A DNA stretch of 64,000 nt from an uncultured Butyricicoccus sp. (GTDB lineage: Bacteria; Bacillota; Clostridia; Oscillospirales; Butyricicoccaceae). A model generated the notes under the pieces. The model did not search any database. It was not told where the DNA came from and worked only from the letters and a program-made list of their open reading frames with translations. Shown piece by piece: positions 1 through 8,849 of the stretch (position 1 is its first letter; each line of letters begins with the position of its first letter). Both the position numbers and the translations under genes were made by a program. Where the stretch lies: contig CALWBL010000008.1 of the NCBI GenBank assembly GCA_944376065.1, positions 8,418-72,417 on the forward strand, read 5' to 3'.

Positions 1-488
1 CAAATTTCCTCTGCACTGCCAATAACATTTTGTTTACCCATGGTTTCAAGACATATAGTTTGTTTAAATCCATGTTGTTCCACCGCATTTAATATGTTTT
101 TTATATTTATAACTGTGTTTTCCATGGCTTTAATGCGGGTTTGCTTGCCAAGTCCACCTGTATGAACTACAAGCCTGGTAGCACCCATTGCTGTGGCTAT
201 CACACAGCTTTTTATTATATAACCCACATTTTTCTCTAGTCTTTCAGGCTCTATTGATGATAAATTTATATAATAAGGCGTATGGAGTGATAGTGAAATG
301 TTATACTTTTCAGCTTCAAGCCCTATTTTTTTTGCTGTTTCTTCACCTATATTTACGCCTCTGCCACATTGATATTCATATGCATTAAGCCCCATTTCAG
401 AGAGCCATTTAGGTGCGTCTACAGTTGCCTTAAATCCTGCCTTTGCAAATGAATCTGAATTACCTGCTGGCCCGAATTTAATTTCCAC
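1..488 (-). CDS. AP endonuclease family 2 / endonuclease IV-like TIM-barrel protein (3' end runs off the window)
   Basis: Not in the ORF track. My translation from GTG at 488 (SD GGAGG upstream) gives MEIKFGPAGNS...EYQCGRGV...SLHTPYYINL...LVVHTG...CLETMGK. The H-x-P-Y-x-I-N-L, V-H-x-G and E-T-M-G-K motifs are typical of endonuclease IV-like proteins. Confidence 0.8.
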   Translation of the reverse strand, partial: MEIKFGPAGNSDSFAKAGFKATVDAPKWLSEMGLNAYEYQCGRGVNIGEETAKKIGLEAEKYNISLSLHTPYYINLSSIEPERLEKNVGYIIKSCVIATAMGATRLVVHTGGLGKQTRIKAMENTVINIKNILNAVEQHGFKQTICLETMGKQNVIGSAEEI

Positions 489-996
489 GTTTCATATCCT
501 CCTGCATTTTTTTGCGTCCGCGTTTTATAAATCCGCTTTCAAGACGATAACGAACACCAATCCAAAATTCACCAATATCAATGGATTTAACTTGACATGT
601 TAAAGCACCTAAGCGGTTTCCACCTAAGACATCAGTAAAAATTTGATCACCGATAACGGCGATTTGATTCATAGGTAAATCAAGTATCTCTGCACCTTTT
701 TTAAACCCTCTGCTGAGGGGTTTTGTGGCTCTGCTCACCCATTTAATTCCAACTTGTTCGCTAAAGACACCAACACGTTCACGTTTATTATTAGATAAAA
801 ATATAACCTTAATACCTGTATTGGTTAATGTCTTGATATATTCGCATAGTTCAGATGAGGGATTTTTGATTTTATGAGATGCAACAGTGCCATCAATGTC
901 AATTAAAGCACCCTTTATACCTCTTGAAAGCAAAAATTCGGGTGTAATCTCATATATACTGTCAAAAACACAGTCTGGTGTTAAATATCTTAACAT
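478..996 (-). CDS. YqeG-family HAD IIIA phosphatase
   Basis: DIDGT motif I, SNN, KP, and GDQIFTDVLGGNRLG motif IV. Confidence 0.9.
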   Translation of the reverse strand: MLRYLTPDCVFDSIYEITPEFLLSRGIKGALIDIDGTVASHKIKNPSSELCEYIKTLTNTGIKVIFLSNNKRERVGVFSEQVGIKWVSRATKPLSRGFKKGAEILDLPMNQIAVIGDQIFTDVLGGNRLGALTCQVKSIDIGEFWIGVRYRLESGFIKRGRKKMQEDMKRGN

Positions 997-1098
997 AGTT
1001 AATAAAATCTACTCCGTTTCTTCTAAAATTCACACTACTTGCATATAATATTGTATGCTATCAAAGCAAAAAAGTCCAGAAAAAAGGAGAACATTGAT

Positions 1099-1857
1099 AT
1101 GCTTTCGACAAATGGGCTAGTTATAGTATGTGCTGGAAAGGATACATTAAAGGCATCTACATATAATATTCAGCTTTTACAATTATGTATTTCAGTGGGA
1201 AAAGGCATGAGTTTAAACAGGTTATATATTCCGGCAAAAACTAAGGGTGATATACTAGGTCTTAGTGATATAGGAATAACAGATGGAGAAACAAATTTTT
1301 GTGTAAAATCAATTCTGCATGAAGTAAAAAGAGGAGAATTTGCTGGTATATTTGCGGATTTTGAGCGAAAAGACAAGGCGGTATGCTCACTTCTTTCAGA
1401 GCTTGATGAAATGACAAATAAGGAAAATATACCATTTTATGTACCCGTTTGCAATGAAAGAGCGGTAAAATATGCAACACTTGTTACACAATCTGCATTA
1501 AGCGGCGGAAGTTTAGAAGAGTATATACTAGGGCTTGATAAAAAATATAAAGATAGGATAGCGGTATCTATAAGACCTATATGCACAGACTTTATTTTGC
1601 CATCAGAAAACAGTGAAGGAACACCGATTTCACACAGAGAAAAACAAGAAAAAATGCAGAAATATAATGCAGGAGCATTTTTTTCCCGCGAATTATGTGC
1701 AAAATATTTTACTTATATGGACGAAAGCGATCAAGGTCATTTTGTGCTTTTCGATGATTTAGGAACAATATCTGCTAAAATTGAAATATTAAACAATTTG
1801 CCAGTCAAAAAGATTTTCGCTTTATATCCAGATATAGAAAAATTATTAAGAGATTAA
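1099..1857 (+). CDS. Hypothetical protein with a weak GH18-like signature
   Basis: ATG at 1099 after AGGAGA. GIFADFE resembles the GH18 DxxDxDxE motif. The C-terminal YFTY...FVLFDD...AKI resembles GH18 spore hydrolase C-termini. Confidence 0.55.
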   Translation: MLSTNGLVIVCAGKDTLKASTYNIQLLQLCISVGKGMSLNRLYIPAKTKGDILGLSDIGITDGETNFCVKSILHEVKRGEFAGIFADFERKDKAVCSLLSELDEMTNKENIPFYVPVCNERAVKYATLVTQSALSGGSLEEYILGLDKKYKDRIAVSIRPICTDFILPSENSEGTPISHREKQEKMQKYNAGAFFSRELCAKYFTYMDESDQGHFVLFDDLGTISAKIEILNNLPVKKIFALYPDIEKLLRD

Positions 1858-2322
1858 ATCATAAGTTTGTGCATTAACAAGTTTTATTAAATCTGATGGA
1901 TTAAGTTCTATTTGCATACCTATCTTACCAGCACTGACGATAATTGTGGGTATATTGTTTGCTGTTTCATGGATTGTTATTTTATATGGTTTTTTAAGTC
2001 CAACAGGTGAGCAGCCACCACGAACATAACCAGTAAGACTCAAGAGTTCTTTTACCGCTGTGAGTTCAATTGATTTTTCAGATACCGCTTTTGCGGCTTT
2101 TTTTAGGTCAAGCTCTTTTGCAACAGGAATTACAAACACATAAATTTCTGAACTTTTACCCCTTGCAACTAGGGTTTTAAAAACATAATCTGGGTTTTGA
2201 TTTAAAAGATTTGCAACTGAAACGCCATCTGGAGCCTCCTTGCCATGTGGATAAGTATGAGCTGTATATGTTATTTTATTTTGTTCTAAAATACGCATAA
2301 CATTAGTTTTTGTTTGTGCCAT
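1846..2322 (-). CDS. ybaK: YbaK/EbsC-family Cys-tRNA(Pro) deacylase
   Basis: KTNVMRILE, VFKTLV, LDLKKAAKA, TGYVRGGCSPVG and SAGKIG motifs. ATG at 2322 after GAGGA. Confidence 0.9.
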   Translation of the reverse strand: MAQTKTNVMRILEQNKITYTAHTYPHGKEAPDGVSVANLLNQNPDYVFKTLVARGKSSEIYVFVIPVAKELDLKKAAKAVSEKSIELTAVKELLSLTGYVRGGCSPVGLKKPYKITIHETANNIPTIIVSAGKIGMQIELNPSDLIKLVNAQTYDLIS

Positions 2323-2461
2323 TTTTAAAGTCCTCACTTTAAGTTTTTTATATTTATAATTATATTCATTTGTTTTTCATAGGCAATATGATATTCAAAT
2401 TTTAATCTTGCTATGGTATACTGAAGATAAAATCAGGAAATGCTTATTATTGGGAGGACTT

Positions 2462-3271
2462 ATGGAAAAAATAGCTTTATTTGCCACAGATTTAGATGGA
2501 ACACTGTTTTATGACCGCACAAATATTACAGACCGTGATAGAAACACACTCAAAAAATTAAAAGAAAAAGGGTGTATAATATGTTTTGCAACCGGCAGGG
2601 AATTTGAAGTCATAACACCGGCATTAGATAGACTGGAGCTTTGGGACTTGGTTGATTATTTTATAATGTGTGGTGGCAGCCAGATTTATGATGTAAAAGC
2701 TAAAAAGATACAAATAGTAGGTGAGTTAAGCCCAGAATGTATGCATGATATTTACAATCGCTATAATAATATGCCAGCAGCGGTCGTAATTCCGCGGGAT
2801 AATGTTTTCCATACAAACCGAATATCTGATGAACTTGTAAAGGAGAGTGAGCTTTTAGGTTCGCAAATCAAAGTTTATGATGATATGACAGAAGTGCTTG
2901 ATATTCCAAATCCTAAATTTTTGTTTTTTGGCACAAGTGAGCAAATTGATAAAACAATAGAAGTTATGAGTAAAGACACAGACCCACGCCTTACAATTTG
3001 CAGAAGCCAAGCAAAATATATAGATTGTTATGCCGCAGGAATAAATAAAGGCACAGCATTAAAAATTCTTTGCAAACATTTGAATATTGATTTAAGCCAA
3101 ACAGCAGCAATTGGTGACAATCAAAATGATATTGAGCTTTTTGAAGCAGCATCTTTTTCCGCTTGTCCAGGTGATGCAACCGAAGATGCGAAGAAACATG
3201 CGGGATATATATGCTGCGATGCACATGAAGGAGCAGTTTCTGATTTCTGTGAGTATTTAAAACTTATATAA
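2462..3271 (+). CDS. Cof-type HAD-IIB hydrolase
   Basis: DLDGTL, ATGR, NKGTAL and GDNQND motifs. SD GGAGG before ATG 2462. Confidence 0.9.
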   Translation: MEKIALFATDLDGTLFYDRTNITDRDRNTLKKLKEKGCIICFATGREFEVITPALDRLELWDLVDYFIMCGGSQIYDVKAKKIQIVGELSPECMHDIYNRYNNMPAAVVIPRDNVFHTNRISDELVKESELLGSQIKVYDDMTEVLDIPNPKFLFFGTSEQIDKTIEVMSKDTDPRLTICRSQAKYIDCYAAGINKGTALKILCKHLNIDLSQTAAIGDNQNDIELFEAASFSACPGDATEDAKKHAGYICCDAHEGAVSDFCEYLKLI

Positions 3272-3294
3272 ACTAAAAAAAGAGGTGAATTTTC

Positions 3295-3633
3295 ATGGCA
3301 CACCCAGAGTCATCAGAAAGAACCAAAATGCTGCTTGTTTTATCACTGCTTGAGCAGGGAGAGCAGACAGGCTTTGCACTTATTCGTATGATGGAGTTAA
3401 GACGAGAATTTGCCTTTTTATCAGAAGAAGCTATGATTTATCCGATTTTACATGAAATGCAGCAGCGTGGACTTATAACAAGCTATGAAAAGCAAACCGA
3501 AGTGGGAATAAGGCGATTTTATAAGGTAAGAAAGCAAGGAATGCATTTTTTATCATATTTAAGAAAGCTATACCCGAATCATATTCCAAACAAAGTCGGA
3601 GGTGGTGCGTGTGCCAAGTCAGAAAATAAATGA
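3295..3633 (+). CDS. PadR-family transcriptional regulator
   Basis: LVLSLL...G(F)...IYPILHEM...GLI...RRFY wHTH pattern. SD GAGGTG. Confidence 0.8.
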   Translation: MAHPESSERTKMLLVLSLLEQGEQTGFALIRMMELRREFAFLSEEAMIYPILHEMQQRGLITSYEKQTEVGIRRFYKVRKQGMHFLSYLRKLYPNHIPNKVGGGACAKSENK

Positions 3634-3925
3634 ATGGTTAGATGAGGTATGTGCACACATTTTAAGACCTTCTTATAAGAAAAACGTTAGAAAAGAGCTT
3701 GAAGGGCATATAAATGACAGAATACGTCAGCTTGAAAATGATGGTTTGAGTTATGAAAAGGCAGTTGAACAAGCTATATGTTTAATGGGTGATGCAAAAA
3801 AATTGGGTCAGGCGTTTGCAAAACGTGACCATTGTTTATTATCAATTCGTAAGATATTATTAAATTTTGCTATTTGGATTATGATAGTGATTTTGCTTTT
3901 TTACTTAATAAATCATATAAAATAA
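3611..3925 (+). CDS. Small membrane protein with a permease-prefix/HAAS-like N-terminal domain
   Basis: GTG at 3611 after GGAGG, overlapping the PadR end. The VRKELEGHI...G...EKAVEQAI..MGD...LG pattern is followed by one C-terminal hydrophobic helix. Confidence 0.7.
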   Translation: MPSQKINEWLDEVCAHILRPSYKKNVRKELEGHINDRIRQLENDGLSYEKAVEQAICLMGDAKKLGQAFAKRDHCLLSIRKILLNFAIWIMIVILLFYLINHIK

Positions 3926-3950
3926 AAAGGTCTGAGGAAATATAAAATCC

Positions 3951-4565
3951 TTAGACCTTGCTTTTTAATTTTGAATATGCTTTTTTAATTCCCTTGTACA
4001 TAAACTTTCCAAGAAAAAAACTAGATATAATGCATATAACACCCAAGATAAGAGATAAAGATGCACTTTTTATATCCCAAATCCTGAATATTGATACAAA
4101 TATCAACCCAACACCAATGGAAAAAATAATAATAGGCATCAAAAAAATGATAAATATAACTCCAAAAACGATAGATAAAATAGCAAAAATTATAGCGCTT
4201 GCATTGCCAAGAAGTGGGAGAATAATAAGTATAAACGCCAAAATTAGAATTATAGCTATTACTATATTTTTAAAATTAAATTTATAATCTTTTATTATAC
4301 TTCCTGTTTTAATTTTATCAAAGAAATCGAAAAATTTTCGTTTTCCATCGGATAAGTTCGCTCTTTTTAGACTTTTTTGATGCTCTTTTATTATATTATT
4401 GGCTATAATCTTAGGATTTCCCAGTTTGAAAATTATAGCTTTTTCGCTCACCTCGTCAATTCCATCAAAACACGCTTTGTAATAAACCATATATTTTTCA
4501 CGTTTATCTTCTGGCAAAGATTCTAATTCTTTTTCAAGTATGGAAAGAAATTCTTCTTTGTTCAT
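3951..4565 (-). CDS. DUF1700/HAAS-domain membrane protein
   Basis: MNKEEFLSILEKEL..LP...YY..CFD...LGNPKIIA N-terminus followed by several TM segments. Confidence 0.75.
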   Translation of the reverse strand: MNKEEFLSILEKELESLPEDKREKYMVYYKACFDGIDEVSEKAIIFKLGNPKIIANNIIKEHQKSLKRANLSDGKRKFFDFFDKIKTGSIIKDYKFNFKNIVIAIILILAFILIILPLLGNASAIIFAILSIVFGVIFIIFLMPIIIFSIGVGLIFVSIFRIWDIKSASLSLILGVICIISSFFLGKFMYKGIKKAYSKLKSKV

Positions 4566-4693
4566 TGATTTTTCCCTCCCTTTAAGCATAACTATATTAT
4601 AGAAAACTGTTATATGTCAAGGTATAACAACATTTTGCACAGATTTAACAGTGTATATTATAACTATTTGTTCTGTATTTTTTGTGTAATTGT

Positions 4694-4722
4694 TTGTGTT
4701 TTTTAAAATTTTAGCGTATACT
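4694..4722 (+). promoter_or_regulatory. Putative sigma-A promoter for ddl-murI
   Basis: TTGTGT-17 nt-TATACT about 50 nt upstream of ddl. Confidence 0.4.
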
Positions 4723-4770
4723 TAATACTGAATATATGTGGCAATCTGTAGAAGGAGCATTTGAGTCAAT

Positions 4771-5835
4771 ATGAGACTTTTGATATTATTCGGTGGCATT
4801 TCAAGCGAACATGAAGTATCATGCATTTCAGCAGCATCTATTGTTCGAAATGTAGACAAGGAAAAATATGAAATTTATGCTATTGGCATCACAAAACAGG
4901 GTGCTTGGCGTTTAATCGAAAATATAAATCCATATGAAATAGAGTCTGGTGAATGGGAAAATGTTGATGCTGTTCAAGCGATGATAGTTCCAGACCGCTC
5001 TATTCATGGCATAGTAGTTATAAGAGAAGGAAAAACAGAAAAAATTAAAATCGATTGCTGTTTCCCTGTGCTGCATGGATCAGGTGGTGAGGATGGAACT
5101 ATACAGGGTCTTTTGGAGCTTGCGGGTATTCCTTATGTTGGCTGTGGTGTGGCTTCTAGTGCAAACTGCATGGATAAAAGCCTTACTAAAATTATTGTTG
5201 ACACATCTGGTGTGCCTCAAGCAGTATATGCACTTGCCATTAAACATGATTATAACAAAAATCCAGAGCAGGTTATGCAAAATGCTATGCAAAAGCTAAA
5301 AAAATTCCCTGTATTTATCAAACCTTGTTCATCGGGTTCATCTGTTGGCGTACATAAAGCGACCAATATGCAAAGTCTAAAAGAAGGTCTTGATGAGGCG
5401 TTTAATTGGGATAATAAGGTTTTAATAGAGGAATTTATCAAGGGCAGAGAGGTAGAGGTTGCTGTCATGGGTAACTTAGAACCAATTGCATCTATCGCTG
5501 GTGAAATCGCCCCAACTCAGGAGTTTTACACATATGATGCTAAATACAAAGACGAATCTTCTGCACTTTATATACCTGCCAGAATTTCTGATAAAGCCAT
5601 AAATAAGATTAGAGAAAATGCCCTGCGTGTCTATACTGCTATGAGCTGTCGTGGACTTTCCCGTGTGGATTTCTTTTGTACAGATACAGAGGAAATAATA
5701 TTTAATGAGATTAACACAATTCCAGGGTTTACTTCGATAAGCATGTATCCAAAACTTTTCGGTCATGGCGGCATAGCTTATTCACAGCTTATTGATAAGC
5801 TGATAGCATTAGCACTGGAGGAGCATAATGGATAA
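4771..5835 (+). CDS. ddl: D-alanine--D-alanine ligase
   Basis: GGISSEHEVS, FPVLHG..GEDGTIQG, KP...GSSVG and NEINTIPGFT motifs. The omega loop FYTYDAKY has Tyr, as in D-Ala-D-Ala ligases. Confidence 0.95.
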   Translation: MRLLILFGGISSEHEVSCISAASIVRNVDKEKYEIYAIGITKQGAWRLIENINPYEIESGEWENVDAVQAMIVPDRSIHGIVVIREGKTEKIKIDCCFPVLHGSGGEDGTIQGLLELAGIPYVGCGVASSANCMDKSLTKIIVDTSGVPQAVYALAIKHDYNKNPEQVMQNAMQKLKKFPVFIKPCSSGSSVGVHKATNMQSLKEGLDEAFNWDNKVLIEEFIKGREVEVAVMGNLEPIASIAGEIAPTQEFYTYDAKYKDESSALYIPARISDKAINKIRENALRVYTAMSCRGLSRVDFFCTDTEEIIFNEINTIPGFTSISMYPKLFGHGGIAYSQLIDKLIALALEEHNG

Positions 5836-6628
5836 TAGACCCATTGGTGTTTTTGATTCAGGTGTAGGTGGACTTACAGCTGTTCGTCGTATGCATGAAA
5901 TAATGCCTAATGAAAGCATTATTTATTTTGGTGATACTAGCAGAGTTCCTTATGGCACACGCTCGGCTCAGACAATTTTGCATTACACAAGGCAAGATGT
6001 CGCTTTTTTGCGTTCATTTGATATAAAAGCTATTGTTGTAGCTTGTGGCACAGTTTCTTCGGTTGCATTAAATATAGTAGCTCGTGAGCAAAATATACCT
6101 ATGATTGGTGTTGTTGAGCCAGCAAGTTTGAAAGCACTGGAAAAAACCAAAAATGGTCGAATTGGTGTTATTGGCACAGCAGGCACAATAAAATCGTGCT
6201 CTTATGAGCGTTTTTTGCATGAAAAAGATAATAAACTCAATATATTTACAAAGGCTTGTCCGCTTTTTGTTCCTTTGGTTGAAAATGGCAGGGTAAATAA
6301 AGGCGATATAGTGATAGAAACAGTAGTAAAAGAGTATTTAACCGAACTTAAAGAGCAAAAAATAGATACTCTAATTTTGGGCTGTACACATTTTCCACTG
6401 ATTAGGGAAGTTATCGCTGATTTTATGGGCGAAGATGTGGAACTTATTGATTCTGGTGCAGCAGCAGCAGATTATGCAAAGCGTATTCTAACTTTATCAG
6501 ATAATAAAAACGCTGAAACAAAATATTTTGTATCTGATGACCCAGATTCATTTAAAGCACTTTCACATATTTTCTTAAATGGCGAGATTGCTGAAAATGT
6601 TGGAAATGTGGAAATTGCAACATATTAA
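5828..6628 (+). CDS. murI: Glutamate racemase
   Basis: IGVFDSGVGGL, VACGT, and LILGCTHF with both catalytic Cys. Confidence 0.95.
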   Translation: MDNRPIGVFDSGVGGLTAVRRMHEIMPNESIIYFGDTSRVPYGTRSAQTILHYTRQDVAFLRSFDIKAIVVACGTVSSVALNIVAREQNIPMIGVVEPASLKALEKTKNGRIGVIGTAGTIKSCSYERFLHEKDNKLNIFTKACPLFVPLVENGRVNKGDIVIETVVKEYLTELKEQKIDTLILGCTHFPLIREVIADFMGEDVELIDSGAAAADYAKRILTLSDNKNAETKYFVSDDPDSFKALSHIFLNGEIAENVGNVEIATY

Positions 6629-6643
6629 AAAAATGAGGAAGAT

Positions 6644-7090
6644 ATGAAACGAGATATAATGCTGTCGATTCGCTCGACACAACAATTTGAGGGCTGTGAT
6701 GAGGAAAAAATCGACCTCATGACAGAGGCCAGACTTTATGAACGTGGCGGAAAATTTTATATTTCATATGAAGAAAGCGAGTTAACTGGTCTTGTAGGTA
6801 CACGCACAACGGTCAAAATAGATGGTGATACAATAACAATGATGCGTACTGGTACATATTCATCAGAAATGCTTTTTGGCAAAAATCAACGTCATGTGGG
6901 ACTTTATCATACAGAATTTGGCGCAATGACTATTTCAACCCATACAAATGAGCTTAAAAGCACCATAAATAAAGATGGTGGACAACTTGAAATTGATTAT
7001 ACGGTTGAGGTAGACCAGTCAATGGTTGGTCATCATAACTTTAAAATGGTGGTAAAGCCAATCGGAGAAGATTTAGATGAGAATAAATAA
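6644..7090 (+). CDS. DUF1934-domain protein
   Basis: Beta-rich 148 aa protein (YEESEL.G..GTRTTVKI...Y.TEFG) in the usual position upstream of argS. Confidence 0.8.
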   Translation: MKRDIMLSIRSTQQFEGCDEEKIDLMTEARLYERGGKFYISYEESELTGLVGTRTTVKIDGDTITMMRTGTYSSEMLFGKNQRHVGLYHTEFGAMTISTHTNELKSTINKDGGQLEIDYTVEVDQSMVGHHNFKMVVKPIGEDLDENK

Positions 7091-7108
7091 AAAACGGAGA
7101 GTGTAAAA

Positions 7109-8803
7109 ATGAACTTAATGGAAAATGCAAAGATTCAAGCTGCAAATATTGTTAAAGTTGCATATGAGAAAGCAAATGTAGCAGGCGTTTTACCACAGGC
7201 TCAACTGCCTAAAGTAGCTGTTGAAACACCAAAAGATTCTTCAAATGGTGACTGGGCTAGTCCGATTGCCATGCAGTGCACAAAGCTGCTTAGTATGCCA
7301 CCAAGAAAGATTGCCGAGGTATTAGTGGAAAATATGGAGCTTAACGGCACTTGTTTTGAAAAAGTAGATATTGCTGGTCCCGGCTTTATCAACTTTACAT
7401 ATAACATGGACTGGTATAAAGATGCACTTAAAGCAGCAGTTTTAGAAGGTAAAGATTATGGCAAAACAAAGCTCCAAAATCCAGAAAAAATCATGGTTGA
7501 GTTTGTATCCGCAAACCCAACTGGTCCTATGCACATGGGTAATGCTCGTGGTGGTGTACTAGGCGATTGTCTAGCTGAGGTTTTAAGCTGGGCGGGTCAT
7601 GATGTAACAAGAGAATTTTATATAAATGATGCTGGCAACCAGGTGGACAAGTTCGCCCACTCTGTTGAAGGCAGATATATCCAAATTATTAAGGGTGAGG
7701 ACGCTATTGAGTTTGACCCTTCTTGGTATCAAGGTGCAGATATCAAAGAACTGGCTCAGATGCTTGTAGATGCTCATGGTGATAAGCTGCTCGATATGAG
7801 CGAACAAGAGCGTTTTGATGCCATAGTTGGTTTTGGTCTGCCACATAATATTGAGAAAATGCAGCGTGACCTAGCACGTTATAAAATTACTTATGATGTA
7901 TGGTTTAGAGAAAGTACACTTCATAAGTCGGGTGCAGTTGAGGAAACTGTTAAAATGCTCACTGATGCTGGTGTAACTTATGAACAAGATGGTGCATTAT
8001 GGCTGCGTTCTACCGATTTTGGTGCAGAAAAGGACGATGTTCTTCGCCGTGCAAATGGTTTCTACACTTATTTTGCTGCTGATATTGCATACCATAGAAA
8101 TAAATTTGAAACACGTCATTTTGACAGAGTAATTAACATATGGGGAGCTGACCACCATGGTCATGTTGCTCGTTTGCAAAGAGCATTAGATGCTATAGGC
8201 TTAAACGGCTCTGAACGTCTTGAAATTGTGCTTATGCAGCTTGTGCGTATGATGCAAGGCGGCGAAGTTGTTCGTATGTCTAAGCGTACTGGCAAGAGCC
8301 TTACTCTCTCTGATTTACTTGATGAAATCCCAGTTGATGCTGCTCGTTTCTTCTTTAACTCTCGTGCAGCAGAAACTCAGATGGAGTTTGACCTAGACCT
8401 GGCTGTAAAGCAGGACAGTGAAAACCCACTTTACTATGTTCAGTATGCTCATGCTCGTATTTGTTCAGTGCTGAATGGTGCTATGCAGGACGGTAAAGAG
8501 CTGCCAAAGGCTGATGATGTTGATTTAACCGTGCTTTGTGAACCAGATGAAAAGGCACTTATTCGTGTTATAGCACAGCTGCCAGAAGAAATTATCAGTG
8601 CTGCAAATGACCGTGACCCATCTCAGATGAATAAGTATGGCGTGCATCTTGCGGCTCAGTTCCACAGATTCTATAACTCATGTCGTATTAACGATGCACA
8701 GCCTAATATTCGCGATGCTCGTTTGGTATTGTGCCAGGCTGCTGCACAAGCCATTAAAAATGTGCTTGGTATCATTGGTGTAGATGCTCCAGAGCATATG
8801 TAA
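7109..8803 (+). CDS. argS: Arginine--tRNA ligase
   Basis: VEFVSANPTGPMHMGNARG (HIGH-like), WGADHHG, MSKRTG and YYVQYAHARICS. Confidence 0.97.
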   Translation: MNLMENAKIQAANIVKVAYEKANVAGVLPQAQLPKVAVETPKDSSNGDWASPIAMQCTKLLSMPPRKIAEVLVENMELNGTCFEKVDIAGPGFINFTYNMDWYKDALKAAVLEGKDYGKTKLQNPEKIMVEFVSANPTGPMHMGNARGGVLGDCLAEVLSWAGHDVTREFYINDAGNQVDKFAHSVEGRYIQIIKGEDAIEFDPSWYQGADIKELAQMLVDAHGDKLLDMSEQERFDAIVGFGLPHNIEKMQRDLARYKITYDVWFRESTLHKSGAVEETVKMLTDAGVTYEQDGALWLRSTDFGAEKDDVLRRANGFYTYFAADIAYHRNKFETRHFDRVINIWGADHHGHVARLQRALDAIGLNGSERLEIVLMQLVRMMQGGEVVRMSKRTGKSLTLSDLLDEIPVDAARFFFNSRAAETQMEFDLDLAVKQDSENPLYYVQYAHARICSVLNGAMQDGKELPKADDVDLTVLCEPDEKALIRVIAQLPEEIISAANDRDPSQMNKYGVHLAAQFHRFYNSCRINDAQPNIRDARLVLCQAAAQAIKNVLGIIGVDAPEHM

Positions 8804-8849
8804 TACAATATGAGTCCCAAAACCTATACATAAAAAGGAGGCGTTTTCG

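Noticed and set aside
4771-5835. ddl as a vancomycin-resistance D-Ala-D-Lac ligase
   Set aside because: The omega loop has Tyr (FYTYDAKY), the context is housekeeping (murI), and no van accessory genes are present.
7091-7108. T-box riboswitch upstream of argS
   Set aside because: The gap to the DUF1934 gene is only 18 nt and no T-box consensus is seen.
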